Origin: Octopus bimaculoides | Taxonomy: Eukaryota | Assembly (NCBI RefSeq): GCF_001194135.2 | Contig: NC_068982.1 | Location: forward strand, 45,122,256-45,186,255 | Reading direction: 5' to 3' | Length of the DNA stretch: 64,000 nt | Shown: positions 25,190 through 37,800 of the stretch, in pieces | Numbering within the stretch: position 1 is the first letter of the stretch | Layout: each line of letters starts with the position of its first letter | Notes under the pieces: generated by a model | Seen by the model: the letters and a program-made list of their open reading frames with translations, nothing else | Told to the model about the DNA's origin: nothing | The model's database searches: none | Translations under genes and position numbers: made by a program

Positions 25190-25495
25190 TACATGGCTTA
25201 GTAATTATGACATTTAGCTCCTCACAATCACGAGGCTGTGAGTTCGATACCCAGTAGAGCATTGTGTCCTTGAGCAAGACACTATATTTCATATTGCTCC
25301 AATGCACACAGCTGGCAAAAACGAGTAGTACCTGTAATTCATTGAGTGTGACACTGAATTTCTTTCAAAACTACGTTATGGGTACGTGAATCTGTGGCGT
25401 GCTCAGCCATTTGCACATTAATTCCACGAGCAGGCTGTTCTGTTGATTGGATCAACTGGAATACTTGTCATCATAACAGATGGAGTGCCAGTTAA
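25190..25495 (+). mobile_element. SINE family D, CpG-decayed copy
   Basis: Shares its 3' body with 17905-18262. Confidence 0.8.
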
Positions 25496-25944
25496 GTTAC
25501 AAATGTACTTTAGCTATAGTGGAAAACATCAGTGTATATAAAAAGTAAATACAACTGAACAGAAAGCAAGCAATCATAAAAGTGTAAATATCCTACAGCA
25601 CAAGTTATACTAATAATTCTTTCTAACTTTTGGCACAAGGCCAGCAGTCTTAAATGGATGGGGGGAAGTCAATGACATTGACACCAGTGTGCAACTGGAA
25701 CTTATTTTATCGATTCTGAAAGGATGAAAAGCAAAGTCAACCCTGGCAGCATTTGACAATTAGTAATATTCATGTAAAAATTATTATGAAGTAAGGCTAC
25801 ATAGAAGAGACTATAGTAGTGAACATCAGTACAAGATATACTAATGGGAGGCCCCAACTTCATCATCCTGGGTCCTATAGGGACAAGGATAGTTTTTTTG
25901 GCAGGGGCTGCACCTTATATGCCATCAAATACAATAAACAGTAT

Positions 25945-26330
25945 CTTTTATCTTTTACTTGTTTCAATCATTAGACTGCAGCGATGCTGGGTAACTGCCT
26001 TGAATATTTTTTAGTCGAATGAATCAGTACTTATTTTTAAACCTGGTACTTATTCTATTGGTCTCCTTTGCCGAACCACTAAGTTACAGGGAGGCAAACA
26101 CACCAACACCAGTTGTCAAGCGGTGGTGGAGGGACAAACAAAGACACACACACACACACATATATATATTTATATATAGACTTCTTTCAGTTTCCGCCAA
26201 CCAAATCCACTCACAAGGCTTTGGTCAGCCCAAGACTGTAATAAAGACACTTGCTCAAGGAGTCACGCAATGGGACTGAACCCAGGACCATGTGGTTAGG
26301 AAGCAAGCCTCTTGCCATACAGCCATGCCT
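25945..26330 (-). mobile_element. SINE family A
   Basis: Homology to the other copies. Further fragments at about 2000-2330, 7340-7510, 20575-20768, 29975-30180, 38990-39200, 52150-52310 and 53160-53300. Confidence 0.85.
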
Positions 26331-26606
26331 TTCCTGTTAAATGAGCAATGGCCCAAAATCTGTCACATCAATTAAAACAAGAATATATAAATATAGTAGC
26401 ACATGTAAACTTTACCTCTTGGGAACGAGATAAATAGATTACAATAACTGGGTACTATACTGAGGCTATTCAGTTTAAGGGTATTTAGACCAGCAGTCAT
26501 ATCTGAAAGACAGAAGATGAGGCCAACTCTAAACTGCTTGGCACAAGAATTTTTTTTAATTTTTTTTACAGTTAATAAAGGGTAGTTCAAACCAAAACTC
26601 TTTATA

Positions 26607-27020
26607 CATCATCATCATCGTTTAACGTCCGCTTTCCATGCTAGCATGGGTTGGACGATTTGACTGAGGACTGGTGAAACCAGATGGCAACACCAGGCTC
26701 CAATCTGATTTGGCAGAGTTTCTACAGCTGGATGCCCTTCCTAACGCCACCCACTCAGAGAGTGTAGTGGGTGCTTTTACGTGTCACCCGCACGAAAACG
26801 GCCACGCTCGAAATGGTGTCTTTTATGTGCCACCCGCACAAGCCAGTCCAGGGGCACTGGCAACGATCTCACTCGAAAATCCTACGGGAGCCAGTCAGGC
26901 GGTACTGGCAACGGCCACACTCAAAATGGTGCATCTCATGTGCCACCCGCACAAGAGCCAGTCCAGGGGCACTGGCAACGATCTTACTTGGCTTGCCGGG
27001 TCTTCTCACGCACAGCACGC
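26607..27020 (-). mobile_element. RTE-tailed SINE family E, young copy
   Basis: Sense strand ends ggcgttaggaagggcatccagc...ccaacccatgctagcatggaaagcggacgttaaacGATGATGAT. Internal repeated modules. Confidence 0.85.
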
Positions 27021-27129
27021 ATTTGAAATAGCAACCACATATTCTGAATCAAGTAGATAATAATAGCTATCATACAAGCAACTGGGAAAAGAATGAGCTT
27101 AAATGAAATTCAGGGTACAGGGATGGAGT

Positions 27130-28260
27130 GCCACTGATATCCTCTTCCTGGTGAGAAGATCAGAGTACACTCATGCCTTCTTCCTACAGGAGAACGTTTT
27201 GGCTAAGAACAAGTCACTATATTTTGCATTCACTTTTGATTGTCTTGTAGTTACACTGAAAACTAGGTGCAAATTAATGGCTTATGAGAGCCATGCAAGC
27301 TATTTTCATTTAGCATGCATGGCTCTGTTCTCAAGCTTCTCCAGGCCATAACATGAGTTTAAGAGTCTGTGAGAATCCCTAAACACTGATGGCCTAGTCC
27401 TCATAACTAAAACTGCCCAATTCCTAATGTGGAAGCAAAACACAGAATTGAGAGGTTTAAAAAGACAAAAAGCAACTGGGAAGAGGCCATACTGGATATG
27501 AAAAAAAAAAAAGAGTAGGAAGGGCTTCCATGCAGTATACTCAATGTAATCTATGAATGAACAAGAGCTATAGTTGGATGTTAAGCAGGCTAACAGAGAA
27601 GGAAGACTTCTTATGTAAGCAGACACACAGGAATAGTTAGTAATAAGAGCACCTATGAAAGAAATTTGTTCAAATACTTGGCAGGCTCCCTGGAGGTGGT
27701 TGATAGCTTCTGTTACCTAGGTGACCTAATTAGCAGTGGGGATGGGTATTATTGAAAATGTAGCAGCCATAGTAAAATCAAGACTGAAAACATTCAGGGA
27801 GCTATTACTTTTGCTGGGAACAAAAGTAATGGAACATAAGCACTGAATGCAGAAAGTGTGTGAAAGCTGGAAAGATATAAGGTAAGCATGCACCAATGGA
27901 TATGTAATGTTAGTGTCCACTAACGATGGAACATATATAGGCTGAAATGAAAGCTTGATACAAGAGGAATCAGCACAAGGGAGAAGATTGTACAAGTACA
28001 TGCTTATGATGCATTTGAAAGATGACGGTTGGGTAAAGAAATGTCACATGACCATCCACATGGAAAGAATTTGTAGAAGAGAAACACCGAAGAAAATATG
28101 GGAAGAGGTGGTGAAGGCTGATCTCAAGTGGTTCATCCTCATAAAGGAGATAACGAAGAAAATAATGAGATGTTGCTGTGATAAAGAAAACCTGTCCAAC
28201 CTAAGCAAACATGGGAAAATGAACTTAAAATGCTACAGCTGCTGCTGATGATGATAATAA
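27130..28260 (+). mobile_element. RTE-clade LINE 3' fragment with (GAT)n tail
   Basis: Decayed LEVVDSFCYLGDLIS and GWVKKCHM...PKKIWEEVVKADLK, followed by tail tgtccaacctaagcaaacatgggaaaatgaacttaaaatg...gatgatgat. Confidence 0.8.
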
Positions 28261-28284
28261 CAGTGATGATGATGGTGACATTAA

Positions 28285-28495
28285 CACTTTAGCATTCGGA
28301 TTACTCTGTCAAATGTAATGCTTATTTATTCACATGCATTATCTGGTAGCTTTGAGATTTTGAAGATGTGATTGTTTATTTTTAGAATGACATTGTAAGG
28401 TGTGTGTGTGTGTGTGTGAGGCTGGATCTGGCCAGTTTGGACATAAAACCAGAAGAATAGTGGGGCCTGATATGGCCAGTTTAAATACTAAAGGG
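28285..28495. mobile_element. piggyBac-type MITE
   Basis: TTAA|CACTTTAG ... CTAAAGGG|TTAA; internally similar to 8539-8757. Confidence 0.85.
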
Positions 28496-31057
28496 TTAAT
28501 GATGATTTGAGTTAAATTTGAACTGACTTTCTAAGTTTCTAAGGAATTGTAATTGGAAAAAGCAGACAGCAAAGATATGAACAATCATACAAAACTGAAA
28601 TTTGCACCAAATCATGTAAATATAGAAAATAAAAAGAAGTGTAAAATTATGAATGGATAACAAATATGAGAATCTTGTGAAATAAGAGGAATATTTAACT
28701 AAAATCAACTATGAAATGAGAAATAACTGGTAAACTCCTAAATAATTCAGTAGAGAGAGAGAGTAGTGTAAAAGTTGTTATGGAATAACTTATACCTAGT
28801 TGAGTATTTCATATACAAAATTTACCAAAACCATTCTACTTCATCATCATCATCATTTAGCATCTGCTTTCCATGCTGGTATGGGTTAGACAGTTTAACT
28901 GAAACTGGCTAGCTGGAGGGCTGCACCAGGTTCCAGTCTGATTTGGCATGGTTTCTATGGCTGGATACCCTTCCTAACACCAACCACTCCAACAGTTAAT
29001 GGGTGCTATTTACATGTCACTGGCACAGGTGTCAGTTACGTGATACCAGCATCAACCACGACTATGATTTCACTTGGCTTGATAGGTCTTCTCAAGCACG
29101 GCATATCACCAAATGTCTCAGTCACTTGTCATTACCTGTGTGAGGCCCAACATTGGAAAAGTGCTTCTTATGCGACACCAGCACAGGTGCCATTTATGTG
29201 ACCCACGCCAGTGGCATGTAAAAAGCACCATTTGAATGTTAGGCTTCATCATGGAGGCAAGGTAATAAATACCTATCTCTTACCAAACAGAAAAAATATA
29301 ATTGAAATTTCTGTTGTATTTTAATTGCATCCAATGATGCAGCATGTGGGACTTTTTGAATGGCACCCCTAACAAAAGATTGGTGCTACATTAGCATACA
29401 GTCTACTGAAGTATCAGTAGTCTACACTGTGAAATGACCTGATCTGGGTTAAGATTAGGGTTAGGGGTTAAGGTTAAAGTTTTAGGTTAAGGATCAGATT
29501 TAAGGGTAAGGGTGAACGTTAAGGGTTAGGATTTAGGATTAATCTACATGCTTATGTGTAAATGACCAGGTACACTGCACACTAAAAAAGCACCAGAGAA
29601 TTACCCTAAATTTTTTTTAGCAGTGCTGACCCCACCTGATAATGAGCCATATCACATGCAGCCCACTTCTTAAAAAAGGTTGCTCACACATGACCTTAAT
29701 GAAAAAATACATTGAATAATGAGGTCCTACATGTGAAAGGAAAGGTTAAAGATAGCATAAAGATGCCCACTACTGGACATATCCCTCTTCGTGCCGAAAG
29801 GTTTTTGGTCATACCATCAATTAGTTAATATAGGTGCACTGTCAGTCTTACATGAAGTAAAGTACTCTGCCCAAGGGTACAACATGCCTTCTGGTCAAAG
29901 AATCAAACCCACAGATCTTATGATCAAAAGCCCAATTGCTTAACCATTTAGGTCATGTGCTTTACTGGTCCTAGATGTACTATCTTTTCTCTTCTATTTG
30001 CTTCAGTCATTGGATTGTGGTCATACAGGAGCTCGGCTTTGAAGGGTAAAGTGGAACAAATTAACCCAAGTATTGATGTTTTTTTTAGGTCTGGTACATA
30101 TTCTCTCAGTCTCTTTTCCTGAACTGTTGTGTTACAGAGACATAAACAAACCAACACCAGTTGTCAAGCAGTGGGAGGAGGTGAAATGTAAACAAACATA
30201 CACAGAAATTGAAAACAGGGACAAAGACACTCACATATACACATATACACACACGTACAAATACACACACACACACACATCTGACAGCCTCATACATACA
30301 CAAACAGAAAAGGATACACACGTATGCAAACATATACACATCTACAAACACACACACACACACACACACATTGGATAGCCTTGTACATACACATACAACA
30401 GATAGCCTCATACACACACAAGCAGGAAACATGGACACGTACATATGCACATGCATACACACATATATACATGCACGTATTTGCTTCATACACACACACA
30501 CACACACACATCTGCCAGGTTCCCAATTGTTCCCCTTGCCATTCATGTCACTAGCTACCTCTTCTTCTTTCAGTCATTTCAGTATGCAATGACTGTCTTA
30601 TTGAGATGCGCTTGTTGTTTTCTCTCTCTATTATTTTTCTGTTTTCATCTTTTATTTCTGTAGAAGAGCATATGCCCAAAACAGAAAAGACTTTTCCTCC
30701 TACTTTCCCTGAGCATAAACTTAACAGACTGTCTAATTGTATCTTTTTTTACCTAGTTTTTGTGTTTTTTTCCTTGCACAAAACACACACACACACACAC
30801 ATATATATGGGTAATGAGCAAGTAGAAGCATTTGCACCCCAGACAAAATGCTTAACAGCATTTCTTTTGTCTCTTTACATTCGGAGTTCAAATGCCACTG
30901 AGGTTGACTTTGTCTTTCGTCCATTTGGGTTTATAAAATAAGTACCAGTTGATCACTGGGGTCAATGAAATTGACTTACCTCTCCCCTCAAATTTGCTGG
31001 CCTTGTGCCAAAAATCAGAAATAATGTGTGTGTACACAACAAGCTTTCACAGTTTCT

Positions 31058-31289
31058 TATTTCCTTACTACCCACAAGGGGCTACACACAGAGGGGACAA
31101 ACAAGGACAAACAAAGAGATTAAGTCAATTATATCGACTCCAGTGCGTAACTGGTACTTATTTAATCAACCCTGAAAGGATGAAAGGCAAAGTCGACCTT
31201 GGCAGAATTTGAACTCAGAATGTAGCAGCAGACGAAATACCGCTAAGCATTTTGCTCAGCGTGCTATCGTTTCTGCCAGCTCGTCGCCC
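31058..31289 (-). mobile_element. SINE family B nested in a family A copy
   Basis: 11 bp TSD tcacagtttct at 31047-31057 and 31290-31300. Confidence 0.9.
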
Positions 31290-32049
31290 TCACAGTTTCT
31301 TTCAACCAAATTCACTCACAAGGCATTGGTCAGCCCAGGGTTATAGTAAAAAAACATTTGTCCAAGGTGCAACACGGTGAGACTGAACCCAAAATCACAT
31401 GGCTGCAAAGCAAACTTCTCAACCACAGAGCCATGCCTGTGCCTCTGTCTAAACAAAAAAAAAATCTCAAGGTGGTCATAGATGATGAACAGCTTAACAG
31501 AGGTTGTTTGACCATGGCCTACTTTGAGCTAAACCCAATCAATGACAACCACTTCTAAATCATAGAATAACATAGGCCACAAGCCATAGTTACAACATAA
31601 GTCATACAATAACATTCAAACCAAAACTGAGATGGTAGATATCTGAATATCTAAAATGCTGGATTTATGTGTCTACTTCATTGATTCCCATATTTCTCTG
31701 GTGCACTGCAACACTTGAGTCTACACCTTATCATAAATAACCTATAATTCTATAATAATATCCAGAAGACTGGGTCACACAATACACAGAGAATTTCCAA
31801 GACATAACAATAAGTCCAATACTCATTATTTAGGGATTTAGGGTTGCTTTCATTGAAAATGATACCTTCAGCAACCCAACTGAATGGGGAATAGCAGCAG
31901 TTCAAGGAATCATAGATATATTCACAACTGACCTTGGGCTGTTATTACATTGCAGTGATTGATTACTTGTGTGAACATGGCAGGTGGGTAAGATGAATAC
32001 AGACATTACCTATTTGTACTTTTAATTTAAGACTAAAAGGGAATATTAC

Positions 32050-32271
32050 CTGAGAACAGGTCGATGACCAATTCCATCTGAGTGATAAGATTGTTGAGGA
32101 AAGACAAGTGGGAAATTAGATGTTACTACATCGACACTTGTTCCATCAACACTTTCAGAACTTGACTGAGAACCAGCAGTCATCATCTCCAAAAATTCAT
32201 CTTCTATACTGTCTTGAGTATTTTCTGATGAATCAGATACAGATGAGATTTTGTCAGGAAGAGTATCCATC
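32050..32271 (-). CDS. ACACA: Acetyl-CoA carboxylase, upstream exon with probable start codon (MDTLPDKISS...HRPVLR)
   Basis: Acceptor ttttgttttcttttttAG|G ATG; donor CTC AG|GTAATA. Ends in phase 2 and joins exon 970 (AG+G=Arg) to give HRPVLRHTMSGVNL, parallel to human LALHIRSSMSGLHL. The Ser/acidic stretch SSVSDSSENTQDSIEDE resembles ACC1 GSVSEDNSEDE. 222 nt, symmetric. Confidence 0.85.
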
Positions 32272-32859
32272 CTAAAAAAGAAAACAAAAAAAGTTCTTTA
32301 GAAAATAACATAAATAACAGTCTTAAATGAAACAAAACATTTAAAAAATGTACAGAAATAAGTGTAAGGTCCCATAAAAAATGTAACATCTTCCAAATTA
32401 TATTTTTAGAGAATAGAATAGTGTAAAAGAATCTGTAAAACACTACTATTTCAATATAAATTAAGATATTAGATGATAAGGAATTGGGCTACTGAGACTG
32501 AGTTTTCTTTCTACACCATTATTTAACATCCATTGTCTATGCTGGCATGGGTTGCATGGTTTGACCAGAGCTGGTAAGCTGAAAGGCTGCACCAGACTCC
32601 AGTCTGGTTTGGCATGGTTTTCTACATCTGGGTGCCTTTCTTAATGCCAACCACTCCAAGAGTGTAATAGGTGCTTTTACGTGCCATCAGCACGGATGCC
32701 ATTTGCATGACACTGGTATCTGCCATGACTGCAATTTCACTCAGCTTGATGGGTCATCTTCTCAAGCACAATGTAATGCCAAAGGTCTCGGTCATTGCCT
32801 CCATGAGGCGCAACACTCAATAGGAACTCAACCACTTTGCCTCCATGGGGCAGTCATCT

Positions 32860-34358
32860 CTCTTGCACACCATATCTGATGCCTCTTATGCCTAACTTTT
32901 CTCTCAGGATACTCTCTGAACTTTGCTCAGGCTATTCTTATTCTAGCAGCTATGCTCTCAGAGCATCCTCCTCCACTTCTAACTTAGTAACCTAGATAAT
33001 GGAATCTATCGACTACTGGCAGTTGATGGATTCTATTTTCTGCACCTTACTAGTAGCATCCCTGAACATGGCTTGCACAGCTCTCACCAACCACTCGGCT
33101 ATCCCTAGTTTCTGTACTGATTACCAAATAACGGATGAGGGGACCCTGTCAAAGACTTTCTCCAAGTCAACAAAGGCCAAGTACAGAGGTTTATCTTTGG
33201 CTAAGTATTTCTCCTACAGTTGTCTTATCATAAACATAGCATCAATGGTGCTTCTTCCTGGCACAAAACCAAACTGCATCTCATCTAGGCTAACTCTCTT
33301 CCAAATTAGTTGGGCCATGACTCTCTCTATAACTTTCATCAACTGATCCAACAATTTGATACTTCTGTAATTATTTCTATCTAAGGCATCACCTTTTCTT
33401 TTGTAGCAGTTGACTATGGTGCTGCTACACCAGTCATTGGGTATGACTCCTTCATGGACCACCTAATTTACACTATGGGTGACTAGACCATAACCCACAC
33501 CACCAGATATTTTTAGCATTTTAGCAGTGATTCCTGTTGAACTGGAGGCTTTCCCTGTCTTCATAGCCTTAATTGCTTTATCTACCAAGGTATTGTTTAT
33601 TCGGGTAGCTGGTCTCTCAACTGGGTCAACATTTGGCAGACTCTCTCCCTCCCATTCATTCTCTACATTCAGCAGTCTTTCATAATGGCATTTCCAAACC
33701 TCTTTCTTTGCAGAATCACTAAACGCAAGTGCACCATCATCCATCCGGACACATTTCTCTCCTGTAACATCACAATTTTCTCTCACACACTGTCTTGCAA
33801 TCTGAAACACTTCAGTTCTTTAGTCCTCATGTTGCTGAACATAGGCAAACTACTACTTTTCTGCTTCTCCCTTGGATAAATATGCCTGTCTCTTAGCTTC
33901 CCTCCTGGCTATCTGATACAGTTCCTTGCTACCCCACCTCTCCCAGTTCTTCCAGGCCTGTTTCTTTGCTCTAATGGCCCTGTCTACAGCATCGTTCCAA
34001 TACCACATTACCCTAGCTCTGGTTGGGACTTCGCACCACCCACAGATTTGGTCTGTGGCACTCAGCAAGCTGTCCTGCAGGAATTCCCAGTTGCCCTCTT
34101 TGTCACAAGTTTGTAGCTCTTCCGCCTTCTCATCAAATTTCTCATTTAGGATGTCCCTAAATCTCTGAGCACATGAAGGGTCCTTAAGCTTCCAAATCCT
34201 TCTTTTCCAGATTGATCTGCTTCTTGGCATCCTTCTGGCCTGGAGTCTAAAATCACTAATGACAAGTCTATGCTGGGGGATGCATTCTTCACCAGGCAAG
34301 GTCTTTGTATTTAAGAGTAACCATACATCCCGCTGCCTGGTGAGAATGTTCATGGAGA
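32860..34358 (-). mobile_element. RTE-clade LINE, truncated (EN C-terminus plus RT N-terminal half), decayed
   Basis: ECIPQHRLVISDFRL; KEVWKCHYERLLNVEN; IPNDWCSSTIVNCYKRKGDALDRNNYRSIKLL; MQFGFVPGRSTIDAMFMIRQL*EKYL...AFVDLEKVFD. Confidence 0.93.
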
Positions 34359-34557
34359 GTTTGTTGGATTGCTGTGTTGTTGTTACCCTGCTTCGTTATA
34401 TATTTTATAGTTACTACACAGTCATAGTGTAAACAAGTATCATCATAAATAGTGGCAATACTACAATAATTGGTGACAAGTAACTACGTTACAATAGAAT
34501 AAATAGTGCATGAGTTTAATTGACAAAAACAAATAAATGACCATCCCCAAGTATAAC

Positions 34558-34617
<60 letters not shown>

Positions 34618-36279
34618 TATGGGCTTCTTTCAAATCTAATCATAAAGACTTTCATTGGCTCATGGCTATAGCAGAAGACATTTTCCCAAGGTATCATACA
34701 GAGGCACTGAACCTCAATCTCTTGGTTGGAAAGATAACTTTTTAACCATGCAGCCATGCCTATAAGCTTCATTCAATAACTTTCAAATTTTATCAAAATT
34801 CTCAACTGCAAAGATTTTTGCTGCCGGTTGTACATTATTCTAGATATCCACAGTTGAACTGGACAAGGTCATTTGTAAATGCCATTGTATGTTTTGACAC
34901 AAGATGACAACTTTGAAAGTTCACATTTCCTCACAAAACTCCTACACATTTCATTTAGCTTGCTTCAAATTATATATATATACATTTATATTTCTATTAT
35001 TATCATTATCATTATTTACATAGAAAAATTTGCCAAAATTTTATTTTAATAATTTGCAAAGATTTGCATTTCAAAATCTGTCAGTTTGTTGCCTTTAAGA
35101 TTTTCAACAAAGGAAAATGTTTGCTTGCACAAATATAAAAATATTGAATATAGGTTTCTGAGCTTAAATAAACTAAACCAATCAAAACAAAGAATTGCCA
35201 CTGGTACTGCATAGGTGCTTTAATGTAGCACTGTATGGACACTTTTATGTGGCACCACACAGGTACTTTTAAATGGCACTGCCACAAGTGCTTTTCCACC
35301 AGATGGACCAGTCTTAACACTTATATATATATATGCCAGGCTTCTATCAGCTTCCATCAATCAAATCCATTCACAAGGTTTTGGTCAGCTTGGCCATAGA
35401 AGAAGACACTTGACCGAGGTGCCACACAATGAGACTGAGCCCAGAACCATTTATTTGGGATGCAAACTTTTTATCAAGCAGTCACGTGTGCAGGCAGCCA
35501 TGCAAGTATCCCCCATGCTTTGGATTATGTTTTAGTCTCAGTATAGCTTTGTAAATATATGACATACATTTACAAAATCAGCATTTTATCTCACTTGAGT
35601 TATATCTTCCTATATGAGGACAACATTGTCATTATAGTAGCTTGTATAACATGAGTAGTATAGCTAACTTGGTTTCTGGTTTGAAACTGCCTTTATTCAT
35701 TGGAAATTTTAACTTAATGCTGCCAAGTTAATTACAAAGAAAGTAAATATGTGAATTGTGTGCATCATTTTCTTTATAACCCCTTAATTTCAAAATCAAA
35801 TTTCTAATCCTGCCAATTATCATGAAGAAATGATTATCTCCTTTGTAATGTCAACAATAGGGAACCCCCATGTATCAAAATATAAAAATTTGCTATGGTA
35901 GGACTGAATTAAGGAGATTTATAAATCAAAGTTTTTCTTTTTTTATTGTCTCCTTCACATTTTTAGATTAAGTGCCTGAGATTATGATAGACAAAGTGAA
36001 AATGATATAGTATCAACAATTATTTTTCCAATTTCATTCATAAGTGGTAAATATCTCATTGTGGATGGTTTTACTCAGCAACAATACAAACAGAAAAATT
36101 AACATTCCCCACATTTTACTTCTAAATATCACTAGTATCAAATATCTATATATTTCAGATTGGTATACTTCTTTGAAAATGACTATACTAAAATATTTTA
36201 AAAGATAAGTTAATGGAAACAATAGTAAAAAAAAAAACACTCAGCTAGCAAATAAGGTTAAATTGCTTGAACACGATAA

Positions 36280-37800
36280 TCTCACTCATACTGCTGTTTC
36301 ACCTGATGCTGCAAGTGCAAATAATGAAATTTTAAAAGATACAGAGATATAGGATCTTCCAGACTGCTGGACACAAGAGATATACTAAAAATAGTATTCC
36401 TGGTTAATTGTAAAAAACAGAAAATTTGGTTACAATATGTGTGATCATCTTGGAAATGAATAAATACAAGATATTCATTTGTCTTGTGAGAGGTATAGTG
36501 TAGAAGGTATAGAAGTGAGTGATGAGAAGACAAAACAATGAGTTTAAGAAGTAGGACTTGAGTATAAAAACATGAAGCCTATTACAGATGTCAAAAAAAT
36601 GTAATTGAAAATGCCAAGTATGTATGTCGCCAAAAAACGACAAAGCAAAAACAATCAAGATTTTATGTAATAATCTGATTTTGGCAAAAGGCCATTAAAT
36701 TTTAGAGAAGTGGGCAAATAACTTACATCGAACCAAGTAACTGACTGATACTTTATTTTATTGTCCCCGAAAGGATGAAAGGAGAAGTTTACCTCAGCAG
36801 TTTTTGAACTCAGAACATAAAGCCAGTAGAAATGCTGCTAAGCATTTTGTCCAACATGTTGCTTGTATATAAGATTGGATTCAAATTTAGCACAAGGCCT
36901 GCAATTTCGAGGAAGGGGTTAAGTCGATTATATTACCCCCAGTACTCAACTGGTAATAATTTTATTGACCCCCAAAAGGATGAAAGGCAAATTGACCTCA
37001 GCATCATTTGAACTCAGAACATAGAGAATGGACGAAAGCATTTTGGCCAGCACAGTAACGATTCTGCCAGCTCACCATCTTACTGTCTGTATATAATATT
37101 GAGCATAAAGGTAGACCATACTGAACAGCAAGAAAGAAATAACCTTAAGTCAACCTACATTTTAAGCTTTCATAAGTAATGCAAAATTATTGTGCACCAT
37201 GCAGGGAACCAAAAATTATTTTACCAAACAATCTAAAGTATCTTTTATGATTGATGAGTCTACTCAATCAATTGCAAAACAATCCTAGTAGTCTCATTGA
37301 GAACAACAGCTGGTGAATATTCTCACTTTGTGCGATTCTGTTTAAACTTAGGTAAATGCAAAATATATGAACATGCAATAGGTTTCTAGGTAACTTTCTA
37401 AGTGGTATTATTATTATTATTTTTTTTTTTTACAGCAGTGCCTAAAAGAAAATGTGATGTGAGTTATAACTGAATGGAGCATCTGGAATGATAGGGGTGA
37501 AAATCAGAATTGCAAAACTATTTCTTGATTTTCCTAATACAACTACTTGGCACTATACAAGACACAAGATTGCACTTAGTGTGGATGTATAAGTAAATCA
37601 ACTTGCAGGTTTGAATCATTTTCAAACATATTTCAAAAACTTTATTGCATTCTTTCAAAGAATCAAGCTGAGCTAAGTGCATGCACTGAAGCACCCCAAT
37701 GTCACTTGTTGGAAATTGGTCATGCTTTTAGTCTGGCATGTGTTAGTAGATCTTACTGAACTGTATCAGCAATTTAACAATCACACTTCAGCCTTGGATT
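36280..37800 (+). mobile_element. hAT transposase fossil (ZNF862-like), interrupted by SINE copies at about 36680-37080
   Basis: Decayed peptides DLPDCWTQE..YSWLIVKN, MIDEST (catalytic D) and GLNHFK; many stops and frameshifts. Confidence 0.65.
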
